Below are positions 22,992 to 35,560 of a DNA stretch of 64,000 bases, piece by piece (the first letter of the stretch is position 1; each line of letters opens with the position of its first letter). The stretch is taken from assembly GCA_965285935.1 (NCBI GenBank), contig OZ260661.1, forward strand, positions 102,610,001 through 102,674,000, in the 5' to 3' direction. Under the pieces are notes generated by a model. That model had not been told where the DNA came from. It made no database searches and saw nothing but the letters and a program-made list of their open reading frames with translations. A program made the position numbers and the translations under genes. Source of the stretch: Ophelia neglecta. Lineage: Eukaryota.

Positions 22992-25261
22992 CTTGTGAAT
23001 CACACAGTAGAGAAACACACACAATTAATAGCCACAATCCACTGCCTGCCTGCCAATAGACCTTTAGTCTCTCCCTCATGTGCAGTACAACATTTTACTG
23101 TGTCCACTGGGCGCTGAAACAAATCAGTCAATACCAGGGGCTGAAAATAAATGACCAATTCCACAAGTGAATTTCTTCGGATAAATACATGCGATACTGT
23201 GTAAAAATATACACGTTTATGAGCCGGGGCTTCTTCGTGTACTTATATATACGCAGTCAACACCTTATGCAGTTCTGAAAGATTTCCTGTAACGCCAGAA
23301 AAAGGTATTATAGTGATGTGTGTGATGCGGAGAGAGCAGCAGACGTCCGGCGGCCATACAGCTGAGAGCAGTCCAACATCCTTCAATAACAAATGGAGTT
23401 TATTTCAAACAATGCTTAAAAACAGGGTAATATGTATGATTAACACGGCTAAATGTAAAAAGGTATCCAGTATTAGGTGGCCATTATTGACAAAGGAAAT
23501 AGTTGATTCTCGGAAATAGCTCTACGTAAGACCACGAACTGTGTACAAGGTACGATTCGATTACGAAAGTCAGCTTCATTGCTGAATCGTTGCGAACACA
23601 ATGCAATCGACTGGCCTCCAGAATCGCATAAAACACGTAATTCGACCAATTCCACTCTTTGCCTTGCTGAACAATAATGCATTGGTAAGGCCCTCAGTGA
23701 GACCCGTATTGAAGGTGATGTAGCACGATATCCTATGGCAGATGACAAACAGTATGGCGGCTGTCACACCGAAATCAACGGCTGCTCCCGAAAGCATGTT
23801 GTCTGTTGTGCTCATCGCGCATCCCAACTGGCGCCACCAAATGCCACGGCCTAACCCACGCTCTATCGTCCGTCCCCAAGGACGAGGCTACTTTAGTGGC
23901 AAGCACACTGAACCCTCCAGACTGTGTGTTACTCAACTGGCGTGCCTTTTGACTCCTAATTAATCCTATTTATATTGACGAGTCGAGAGTTGGCCTACTG
24001 GATTTGGCTTAATTATCTGTTTAAGCCAGACATGCTAAATCCACGATCGACTTTCTACAGTAACTGTTTCATTCTCACTAACATTACATGCCTATTGTTA
24101 TTCACATAGAAACGATTAGTTTCCTCGTCCTGTTCTAAGATTGACCGACTACCAGTTAAAAGGTGGAAGAGTCGGAAAGAGGTCAATATGGGAGATACCT
24201 ATCGAAATAATGTGAAGGTTTCAGGCAAAACATGTCCAAGTCCCACCACTCCATTGATCAGATCATGACGCGACCATTTGCATATTACGAGCTGACTGCA
24301 TTCGTCTTTCGACATCAATGCCAGAGACGTGGTCAGACAGCTATAGGTTAGATAGCGAGCCCTTCTAACCAGTCGAGCGCTTAGCCAAAATACACTAAGA
24401 AACAAATAACGGACGGCAAATAGATTTGCCTGATCTGAACAGTCGCCTCCCTCTTTAATGACAGGCAAGCTATATCTTGGGCGGCCATCAGTTTTTGTCA
24501 TTATTTAGTCCGAGTTCAATGCCAAGAAAAGAAGATTATTCTACAAAGATTATCCTTATATAATATCAATATAGAAATCGTTCAATCCAACTGGACCGAA
24601 CCAATATTAAGGTCCTATTACGAGTCAAAATCAAAAAGTAAATAGGAGCTGCGCTTTTTATGTACTCCTCACTCATCAGTGACTTAACTTTAGAATAAAT
24701 TATGTGACCTTCTAAAGGTTAACGTGGATTTAAATATCGACACCATTTTATATTCATTTGCAATGGCATTAACCTTTTGTAATAAGTGTTTAGAATACAT
24801 TGGCATAAATCACTCGGTGCAAAGATTAAAAAACGATTGTTTCCACCATGACAGTTTAAATAAAGGATGTCCTCCCTCAGTGTGAGGATGGAGCTTGTGG
24901 TATTTCTGTTACGTCAGTAAGTTTGCCGATCATGCTGCTGCAATTTATAGAGGAAAACTTGTCAATTTGCAATATGCTTAGCAGGTGTATTGCACAAGCG
25001 ATGCGACAAAATAGCCCGTATTCATTCAACAAAATCTAAATATTATGTAATCAAAGTTGATCAAGTAAATTGTCGCCATTCTTTACAACAAAACATCCAC
25101 CAATAAGCATTAGTGTAAATTTAATACTATATTCAGTTTGCAGCTGATACCTTTCTTTTCGGCTTATTCGCACTCATGCAAACCAACTTTTGCAGTAGGC
25201 CTAATAGGTAGTTAAGTGATGCGAATTTGGTTACCTATACAAGACTTCATACACAATTCAT

Positions 25262-25284
25262 AAAAAAAAAAAAAAAAAAAAAAA
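25262..25284 (+). repeat. Poly(A) run of 23 nt between the two duplication units
   Basis: Direct observation. Confidence 0.9.
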
Positions 25285-25509
25285 TAACAAAATGAAAAGC
25301 AAAATAATTTTTGTTTTACTTCAAATCTGGCAAACCTGTTTACTTTAAATTCTAAATATATAGAAAAAAAGAAAGGAATTGTAACTTATAAGGTTTGATT
25401 AATTTCAGCAATTGATGTACCCCAAATTTAATTTATACTGTTCACCTTCTTAGTTCATGCTATGAATTAAAAATTTGTTCGGTCTTATAGAGTGTTGAAC
25501 AAAAAATAA

Positions 25510-28500
25510 AGAAGACATTTACACTAGATTCATTTATAGGAGTCAATGTAATTTACAATGTATTGTAAAATTGTTTTGCAACTAGATTATATCATAAAAA
25601 CCACGAGTGTAAGACGTCAAGTTCAAAAGAAAGAAATCAATTCATCAAGTGGCTCATCAGGTCTTATTTACAATTTCAGTGAGGCTTACTCCAAGAAACT
25701 ACACCAACACTGATTGTATATTCAAATACAACTGTAGATTTTAGGTCTGCCAAGCATCGGCAGCGTGCATATGCTTTTGTATTATTGAAATGGTAATATT
25801 CATCCGATCACACTAAGCATTTCATTCAAGATTGTCAACAATATTTATAATTTCCAATGAAAAGTTTTATCATAAGAAGAAAACTTTGCTAATCTATCAC
25901 AGAAAGATATAAATACTCGAAACCCTTGAATTTATACAAAAAAATACAACTTTAAGTTATTAAACAGATTTCTAGTATAAAACAAGTAATTACATAACTA
26001 ATGGATTGCTAAACATCCAATTAAGAATACATCTTAAACTATCAGCAAACGTTTGAACTTACGAAATGATATTTACGAGGCAAAAGTTGCCCAGTACTCA
26101 TATTAACCAAAATTAATCACAATCGACAAAGTTCAAGAGATCATATTTAAAGTCTTTCATTTAAACGTTAATGGCGCACAACTTTAAACGTACAAATTCA
26201 AGGTTAACATGTAATATATTTGTAGGATAAAACAGTTATTTACTGGTTTATCTTACAAGTTATCTTGAGAGGTGAGCGTGCATCTATACTGCAACATCTG
26301 CGACACTACAAAAACCGTGTCGACTAATCATATTTACAAGATTCGACGTGCATGTTGCATAGTAAAAAAGTTAAAACTGTACAGGAAAAGTCATTCATTA
26401 TGAGCTTATAAGAGCCGTGAGCAATGAATTCTCAAACATATAAATAATTAGCAGGTATTGCATATAAAACATTTTAAACGTAGGCATACAGCTACAATAA
26501 TATTTAATGTGTACATCTAGTTGTGACCACATGAAGAAAAAAATTGCTCAAACCCCTCCAGCAAAACTTGCTACCGGTCGACTCAGTAGAAATAAGCATA
26601 CGCCCTGTGTCTCATATGTATTCCAGTTTAATGTAAGCATTAACATTTAGGAATGGGACACATCAAGGCATTCTACATAAAGTAATGAAAATCATGATAA
26701 CACGGTTAGATACGCTACTGAATCAAGCCTTACGAAAAGGGGAGTTACAAGGCCATGAAACACTACTCAGTCTGGATGGGTATGTTAATAAGCACTGAGC
26801 CTAAATACGAGAAGAAATGGATGCTAAGCTACAAAACGCATGCATACAAGAAAAGGTTAATGGAAAAGCCCCTCTGTAAAATGGGCATAATTTTCTCATA
26901 ACTACGTAATATAACCCTACTCTGTAGCTATAAGAATTATTTTCTGACTTATAAATTTAGCCAGATGAGCCGTTCTACCTTGGATCAACCCAAAATTGTA
27001 TGACCAAATGTAAAATGTGACGCTGAATATATCCATAAGCAAACGACCAAGCAGAGGCCCGGTCTGTACATTGTACAGCACTTGAAACCCGCCGATTTAG
27101 AGAATGAAAATCTCCAGCGGAGGCGGCAATATTCCCAAGAAAGACGGCACCACCGTATTGTACAAGCTATCGGGGTGCTGCACCAGTCGACGGTGATGTA
27201 TTTTTGTCAACGCTCTTGGTCACTTTAAAACGATGTGCATTTCGGTAGTTTCCGGTCATTTGGCACAGCAATTTTTATTGCGTTTGCCATTCGGCAGTAT
27301 ATGTCACTTCCCAACCCCGTACGTTTTAGTTTGTTACAATATGCAACGGATTTAATCCTCATTGGTAATTGAGAATGCAAAAAATAGCAAACAGCTCTAT
27401 GCGAGCTTGCACAGCTGATGGAAGGTGCATAAAGCGGTATTGCCACTGACAATATCGATCGTAGGACCAGTGCTTGACATAACATTTATAGAAGAACAAC
27501 ATTGCTGTTTTCCTATTTGCTGGCAATCAGGACTTGCATCCCAGGAGATTCTCCAGTCCGTTACTGGTGAATATGGACATCGATAAAAGTCTATTGCTGT
27601 GCCAAAGCCACTACAGTCTGAGCCAAGATGGTTGCCACCTTGCTGGGTCTCATCATCTGGCAGTAGAATGGCCAGAAAGGAGTACAGACTCGCAGGCTTG
27701 TGTGCACAGCCACAAAGCAGCACAATATATCTGACCTTGTGGGGTTGCAAAGCACTGCAACGAATGAGTGCTTGAAAAATGTTCCTTATATACATATAAA
27801 TGCATATTAAAAAGCAGAATACGATTTCAGTTCATGCTTCGAGAACTGTTTAGAAATGCAACATAGCTTACGAAGGAAGGGGCATGTGTGTATTAATTAT
27901 GCCTCAGTTTGAAAGATTATGTCATTCAAGTTTTGGCCCTAACGCATACCAACTTTATTTAATAAGTAGTCTTGGTTAGACATTCTTATGCCAGCCCGAA
28001 CCATTCTTTCAACGTAAATTTGGAAGGGGTTCATCTTTTAATTTTAAGGCAGTATCAGTTGAGACTAGTCATTTTGAATGCAACATCTGATGACGTATCA
28101 TCACATTTTCCAGAACAGAATTTATCATATAAACTGCAAAAATTAAAATAAACGATTAACATGGACCACTAAGGTCGAGAGAATGGCTCAGGTTCGTGTT
28201 ATCCTATATAAAATAATCTCAGGGCGGTGATCATACAGTTCTAAGTGGATCATCTCAATATAAGTACATGCATTAAATTGGGAATTGCACCAACATTTCA
28301 GCAAAAAATTGACAATGGCGACAAAAGGAGCAATCGTTCATATCAATACCCAGATATGCTACCTGATATAATGAAGTGATACCTTTCAACATAAATCCTC
28401 TGATCATCTGTCCTGTTCGAGGTATCTTCATACGAGGATTTCTTCTTTTGAGCAAATGTAAATACCTTGGAATGTGTCTCGAAACTATGGGCAGCAAAGT

Positions 28501-31500
28501 TCGCAATTTTCATTTGATGGGCTAACGTGAGCTTTCATTAACAAACTAAGAATAATGCCACATTAAACAAAGTTATACTTTTGAGGTGACCGTAAGACCG
28601 GCGTTTCTTGCGACACATCAAATACGACGAATGAAAAAGGGAAATGAATGTGATCATGTCTCCCGAGAAGCAACAGGGTCTAGTTTATGTGACACCATTG
28701 TTAGTAACAATTGTGTTCACATGTTATATATAGGCTTTTTTGTTTTGTTTACCAACACACAACTTGGGAATCATCCGCGACTGAAGTGCCGTTTCAAACA
28801 ATCTGTACCCGTCCAAAAGAAGTAAAGGTTCATTATTTCACACCAATCTTTCCTAAGTTAATTTGAACACTGTAAACGAGGCCAACCTTGAGGGAAATAC
28901 AAGGACATAACTATTATATTGCTTATTAAAATGCAATATAATTATTTGGTATCCGCAAAAATAATACGAAGAAAAGATGAAAATATGCTAGAATTTAAAT
29001 ATCCATCATTTCGCTTTCATTATTAATTATCTTTTGCCTAGAATCTAAACGCTCACTGAGAAAAAACGAACGTTTGGCGTATGATAGTTTTTCCCAAGAA
29101 TAGGAATCCGCCGGAGTCATTGAACCATGACTAACCCTATCTATTGTCTATCTTATGGTTGCCGACCAGATGCTGCACTAGCGGAGAATCACACAATACA
29201 GGTTGATAAGCCCGGGAGGCATTTCGGTCCATCTTTATGCCGCGCGGTTCAAAACGTACCCAAAACCAACATGCATTACCAACATGCAATGATCATTTCG
29301 GGCGGATGCGACCCCTATCTGTTTTTTGTCTCATTTACAGCTGTTTAGATGGGTGAATTTAACCGGACTCTAAATGGTAGTCAGCGGAATCGGCTGGTTG
29401 CTACGCTATTAGCTTATCATAACACGGTGATTTATAGATTAACATTATCAAATATGCGATCAAAATACGTTGACGTTTTGAATATTTTATGATTTTGGTA
29501 CGATAAAATGCACTGATACAAACAAAATACGGCCTAATTCTTGCCTAATAGGTATAGATTTCACCGCGGAAACGTTTCCCCTGCTTATAAAATATTTTTC
29601 TATTTCGGTAAAATTACAGACTTGACTCAGCCTGATCAAGGTTAAACAAAAGTGAACTATTGTTTGAGACTAATGAGCCGATCTGCAGACGTACACCATG
29701 ACTGAACATGGAAAGTCATGATTTCAAACAATACATTGATGTTACCTAACAAAAACCATTGAATTTTATGCAATAATTCCACTGGCAGGAATATGTTAGG
29801 ACTGCCAGCTACTTTAAATCTAGACAGAACAGCTGGGAGAATATGAAATATCCTAGAATTGTCAGCCATTTTAATGGTTTATTTATATTTTGCTTAAGCT
29901 AGTATTATTTAAGGTTTCTGCCGCCTCACAGACATTTTATAGCCTGCATTTCTGGCTAACTCGGAGAATTATAGGTTTCACCTTCCAGCCTCACCTTCGA
30001 TATCTCTATACCCAGTGTGGAATATATCCAGTTCGGAATTTACTTTGACCAGAACGCGCAAGTTGACATATCTGCCGAAAGGAGTGGCTAATTTGTTCAT
30101 GGTGTACTCGTGCATGGATGTAGGACATGAGAAGTGCCTGAAAACAGCGTCCTGGCAGTAAAGATGGACCGAAAACGTAAGGGCGTCATCTACGGATAAG
30201 CTACCTAACTACCGACTTTTTAATTTGTGCACAGAATTCTAATCTAAATTTCCTAAACACAGTGCATACACTTTTATCAATGAAATGAAACGAAGGCTTT
30301 TCTCAGCGCTCAATATCTAACATATTCAGCGTATATGTAATATATTATCATACATTGTTCCCATGAATGATGTTCAGCCGCAAACCCCTGGGTCTCCCTG
30401 CTCCCCCTCGGTTATCGGGAGGCCCAAATACGTTACTTAAAGACCATCGGACTGCATAAATAATGTTTGTTGGAAAACATCAATGCATCATCTACAAATT
30501 AGGCAACACATGACATTGTCATGTGCTTCATTCATTCACTACAAAATAGGATCCCCCCATGAGCAGATTCAAACTGAATCTAACAGCAACAAGAAACAAT
30601 AACAACAACAACAACACAACGGCTGAATTAAGCTCAACAGAATGAGAATGAGACGACCGAGTTGTGTGCGTTTGTCACTGCCGACCTCGTACACACAGAC
30701 ACAATCACGCAATTTTCACACCACCATGCAATCTTATGCACACCCAGACATACACCATCTTACCGGCCATCGTACACACCATCACACGTACCATCTTGTA
30801 CGTCGTTATTCATAACATCGAACGCACCTTCTTACAAACCGACGTGCGGGGAGCACAATTCTGTGGTGACGAATAGACTAATTAAGCTAAATGTATTTCA
30901 CTGCTATCACACTTCCTTAAAGAAGGAGCTTCTCGTGTCTTTGGAGCGTTAATGCCAGTAATATAGTAAACAGGAATTTATATATCGCATTAATATAATA
31001 TCAAACTATATTAATGGTACATATATACATGTATATAGACCTAGAGTTGAACACAGTTTCAAATTGAATCAACCGAGGCTATCAAGGGGAAAGAATATAA
31101 AATGTATAAATAATACAGAACTATTTGAAGTTTGATATTCTCATAGTAAAGTCGGCCAGACCTCAAATAAATGAAAGAATCTTTATCTTGGACAATCAAT
31201 TCAGGGAAGCTAAAACAACAACAAGCAATTCTCGCGAAGAATACTTGTTCCCCTAGGCATATTGACAAATGAGTTGAGCCGGAATGATTTTTTGAAAATG
31301 TGTTCTCATTCGTAGCGGTAGTGAGGTTAGAAGGTTTAAATTTGGATATTAGTATCTGAACTAAGAATGCATAAAGGTGGATTTAAATGCTGATCGTGAG
31401 ATGTACCATTAGGGACGTGCATAGGTCTAGGAAACTGGCAAATGGATGTCTATAGTAATATAAAACTGGAGCTCGACCCTTTATTATTGGTCAGACACAG

Positions 31501-31590
31501 AAAAGATGCTGGTTTATCACTGCATAAATTCAAGCTCTGTACCAACGAGGAGCACTCGTACAGGAGTACCGACGTCGGGAGAGCTGTCAC
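25510..31590 (-). other. Probable long 3' UTR of Kv copy B
   Basis: Paralogous to 15900-21608, with the same conserved blocks. Confidence 0.5.
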
Positions 31591-32970
31591 TTATGCACTA
31601 ATATACCCCCTTCCACTTTCATGCCTGTAGAAGTTGTTGAAGTTCGCCACTACCACGGGCACGGGTAAAGCAATCGTCAGTACTCCTGCGATCACACATA
31701 GGGCACCGACTAATTTGCCCCAAACACCAACAGGTGTGACATCACCATAGCCCACTGTCGTCATGGTCACGATGGCCCACCAAAAAGCTCCTGGTATGGA
31801 AGTCAGCTGGGTGTTCTCTTCTCCGGCTTCTGCGTAATAGGCTGCGGAACTGAATATCACCATGGCAACGATGAGGAAGAAGAAGAACATGCCTAACTCG
31901 CGCAGGCTCGTCTTTATAGTCAATCCAAGAATGCGTAATCCTGCTGAATGCTTTGACAGTTTGAATACTCGGAAGACTCGTAGCACGCGTATGAATATGA
32001 ACGATCCACTCTTTTTGGCATTCTCACAGTTTCCTGCAGTTGACACTGTGATTAATATAATAAAATAGGGCAAAATTGCCATCATATCAAATATATTCAT
32101 GATGTTTTTGCAAAAAGTGAATTTCGAAGGCGTTGCCACCAGTCGAAGAATAAATTCAATTGTAAACCACGACACGCAGACCGATTCAATCATAAAGAAC
32201 ACGTCATTGTAGTTTGGCTCCTGACGATAACTCAGCCCATTGTCCGATGTAACATTAATACAATGCGATCGTTCAAATGTAGGCAACGTCTCTAGGCAAA
32301 AGTTCACAATTGATATAAGAATGCAGATGACAGATATAATCGCAAACACTCTGGCAGCTCGCGAGCTGTCCGGCTCCTCGCAGAACAGGTACACTTTTCG
32401 TTGCCACTCTTTTTTGGGAAGTATTTTCACCTCCTCCATAAGGAATCCCTCATTCTCCTTGAAATCGTGTATCGTTTCTTCGCTCAGTTGGTAGAACTCG
32501 AGTTCTTCGAGGAAAATGTCCTCGGGGACCTCGATCGGTCTCCGCAATCGGCCCCCGCTCTGATAGTAATACAGAATCGCTTGGAACGAGGGCCGATGTC
32601 GGTCGATGAAGAACTCATTTCGTCGAGCGTCCCAGAACTGTTTCCGCTTCATCGGGTCACCCAGGAGTGTTTCCGGAAAGCGGTTGAGCGTGCGCAGTTG
32701 TGTCTCGTAGCGTTGGCCACTGACGTTGATGATGACTCTCTGGCAACCGGCCTTGATGCAGTCGTGATGCTGGTCCAGGATTTCCAGGCAGGGCGGGGGT
32801 TGTAACTCCACCTGGTGCTGAGGGGTACCACCACCACTCCCCACATTCTCGTATTTACTGCCGCGAGACAAGGATACAGGGCCATTAGAAAAATGAGATA
32901 AAGGAATCAGCGTGCCCTCAGGGCCTGCAATAGACTTACGGTACTGCAGCAGAGCTGCGTTTATCGCCAT
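31591..32970 (-). CDS. KCNA: Shaker/Kv1-family voltage-gated potassium channel alpha subunit, copy B (459 aa, intronless CDS)
   Basis: Same domain architecture as copy A (T1, S1-S6, TVGYGD, PVP). Uninterrupted ORF from an ATG in cacaagATGG context to TAA. Confidence 0.96.
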   Translation of the reverse strand: MAINAALLQYRKSIAGPEGTLIPLSHFSNGPVSLSRGSKYENVGSGGGTPQHQVELQPPPCLEILDQHHDCIKAGCQRVIINVSGQRYETQLRTLNRFPETLLGDPMKRKQFWDARRNEFFIDRHRPSFQAILYYYQSGGRLRRPIEVPEDIFLEELEFYQLSEETIHDFKENEGFLMEEVKILPKKEWQRKVYLFCEEPDSSRAARVFAIISVICILISIVNFCLETLPTFERSHCINVTSDNGLSYRQEPNYNDVFFMIESVCVSWFTIEFILRLVATPSKFTFCKNIMNIFDMMAILPYFIILITVSTAGNCENAKKSGSFIFIRVLRVFRVFKLSKHSAGLRILGLTIKTSLRELGMFFFFLIVAMVIFSSAAYYAEAGEENTQLTSIPGAFWWAIVTMTTVGYGDVTPVGVWGKLVGALCVIAGVLTIALPVPVVVANFNNFYRHESGRGYISA

Positions 32971-35001
32971 CTTGTGGCAAACACACTAGACGCACACACA
33001 CATACACACATACACTACCAACAACCACCATTAACTGCTTGGCCGTCAATAGATCCTTAGCATCTTATCATTTATATTACACCAAAGCAACACCTTTGCT
33101 CGTCGCTGAAACAAACCAATCATTCCAAGATGCTGAAAAAATGGTACATTGTAATCAATTTCACAAGCCAATTTCTTCGGATAAACAGATGAAACACTGT
33201 GTGAAAAATAAACATTAAAGAACTGGGTCATATTTTTGTGGTTATATCAGAAGTGGACAGCTGACTGGGTTTGCAGTTCTATAGGGCTTTCCTGTAATAT
33301 CAGAAAGAGGCATGAACATAATTATTGATAATTCCCAGTAACAGTAAGCAGCAGGTGTCCGGTGGCCACTGAGGTGAGAAAAGTCCTTGGCTCTTTAATA
33401 ACAAAGGTATTTTATATCAAACATTGGCTGAGATAGAGTAATTAGTTTGATGGGCAAGGTGAATATGAACAGTATATCCAGTAATAAATGGCCATCAGTT
33501 CAGCAGAAATTGAATCCACATATGATTGAGAATAGTGTGTGCCAGCTGCGAGTCACGTCAATTCTTTGCTCCATTGTAAAGAACAATGCAGTTTTAATTG
33601 CAGATGCAGATGCGATTTACCGCCGGGTCTGCATAAAACGTGTCACGTTGCCAATTTCGCTTTCCGCTTGATTGTTACATAACGCGTGGGTAGGTTTATC
33701 GACGTGTCCGGTATGGACGGGGGTATAGCACGAGCTCCTCTTGTTCAGTATTGCGGCTTCCACAACAGATCCGCTAAATACTCCACAAATGGCACTGTCA
33801 GCCATGCTCAATACAATCCAGATCCGGCGCCACTGTGTGACACGGCCTCAACCGGCCTCTACCGGCCGTCTGCCATGCAGGAGCAGGCTTCTTCAACAAA
33901 GACCAAACCAAACCTGCCAGGGCGTTATTCAACCGCTATCGCCAGTTGTTCTACAATAATTATTCGCATTAATGCTGCACAAGTTATTTGGTTTAGGAGG
34001 TTTTATCCACATTAACATAAACTTATTCCACAAACCGGGGCTTGATGATCTGTCTTCACACATGAGTAATTCTTCATCATGAACGCAGTCTAATTATTAT
34101 TCACATAATAGCTTAGCCTCTCATTACATGACCTTCAGTAAATGGTGGTTTGGTTAGCAGTAAGTCTAAAATGGGAGATGCTCGTCTGAATAATTCGCCT
34201 TGAGAGCCACAGGCTGTCCGAGTATAAAGACGCAGCATTCCCTTGATCATAAATATCATGAAACGAAGATTTACAAAAGGCAAGCAGCCTCAGAATTCGT
34301 CTTGCCAGACCAACGCACGGGCGTCCTATGACAGGGCTGCCATGCAGAGGCCGTCCTGGGAGTCGAACGATTTCAGTTGGCTAAAATGGACACAGGCGCC
34401 AATAACAGACTGAAGGCTTCAACAGATTCGCTTGATTTGAGCGATTGCCGCCTTTCCTATAATGAGTGGTATGCTATTTTTAAGCCACCTGCAAACTATT
34501 CTGGTCACAGTTGCCAAGCGCAGATCAAATAACACGCGGTCCACGGTAGGTCGCGAAGCGTCCAGCTCACACCCGTATGCTTTGGCCATAAGTATGCCAA
34601 GGCAGTGGTCGTGTGCGTTTTTGCCTTTAAGATGGATTAAGAACAATCTAAAATATGTCGCTAAACGAAACTGACTTTATAGGGTAAAGCCGGAAATGTT
34701 AAAAGCGAGCTTGGCAACACTTCTGGAAGAATATTAAAATGAGAACGGCAGTGCTTTAACTATCATAATATCGCGAGAAAGACGTATATACGAGAGTCAT
34801 TAAAAAAAGCGAAGAAGCCTACTTCATAAAACATGAACTGTGCAAGGTGATACAATAGAAGGATAGAAAATAAATTGTGCAGAAAGGTGAAAGGAGAGAA
34901 AGGCCACCACCAACCTTGCACGAACACTGAAGAGGCACTCTGAGTAAGGCAGACGACAAAGATGGGGAGATCCGGCCGAGGCTGGCTGAAGCGACACTTA
35001 C

Positions 35002-35560
35002 CTTCGAGTCCCGCGCCCTAGGCCCATAAGACGGTGCACTTCTCGATTTGTCGCTCCACAACTACTCTCAGGGTAGTCCGAAGCCTTTCCAAAGGCAGAC
35101 GTCTGCAGTCCAACAATCATGACAAAAAACGCACTGCCCAACTAGCCATAGGTAAAATGTCGCTACTGTCAAGCGACTGACAACCCCCCTGATGAAACAG
35201 GAGGGGATCTCCAAGAGGCCAATTTCCTCATAGGCGTATGTGAAATTCACATTGATCGCGAACATCAATGATAAACATCCACAAAGCTACTGTAACGGGT
35301 CTTTGTCGCGCCCTACACATCCTTACAGTCACCCGGCTACATCGACCTGCCTTTCGCCATCCGGCGACCACTCGTGAATAAAAGCTCACTGACACCGTAG
35401 CCAATACACAATACACAGCTCTGCCGTTCCCCTATTTTCGTCCGACGTAGATCCGAAACGATCACCAGAAGGGAAAACGAGACCGACCACAGAATAAAGC
35501 CATACTTGCGAGCGCCTGGCTGGTTACTGCACTTCAATATCATACCAGCCAATCATAAAA
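35002..35560 (-). promoter_or_regulatory. Candidate promoter and non-coding first exon of the Kv locus
   Basis: Locally GC/CpG-rich. CCAAT motif (agccaatca) near 35547-35555. Consensus donor GAAG|GTAAGT on the minus strand, intron starting at 35001. Paralog-conserved candidate acceptors upstream of both CDSs (ttacag|g at 33291 and 23286; ttttcag at ~33133 and 23141). Confidence 0.5.

Larger units (their letters stand above)
15900..24480 (-). repeat. Tandem segmental duplication unit A (Kv CDS, ~5.7 kb downstream, ~1.5 kb upstream)
   Basis: Collinear homology with 25510-34470, e.g. cactagatt...gtaatttacaat at ~15921 vs ~25522, 17071-17245 vs 26513-26687, 20430-20545 vs 30320-30432, and atgggagat at ~24188 vs ~34171. 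Boundaries are approximate. Confidence 0.85.
25510..34470 (-). repeat. Tandem segmental duplication unit B
   Basis: Partner of 15900-24480. Offset is 9982 nt within the CDS and ~9.4-9.6 kb distally. Confidence 0.85.

Noticed and set aside
22992-23024. 11-aa N-terminal extension of copy A in the ORF track
   Set aside because: Starts at a non-ATG codon. The paralog comparison and start context support the ATG at 22991.
25262-25284. Poly(A) as evidence that the Kv copies are retrocopies
   Set aside because: It is on the wrong strand for a minus-strand mRNA tail. The duplicates also share upstream putative intronic sequence, which indicates DNA-level tandem duplication.
15900-34470. Duplication as an uncollapsed-haplotype assembly artefact
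   Set aside because: Non-coding parts are far too diverged and indel-rich to be alleles, and there is no gap between the units.
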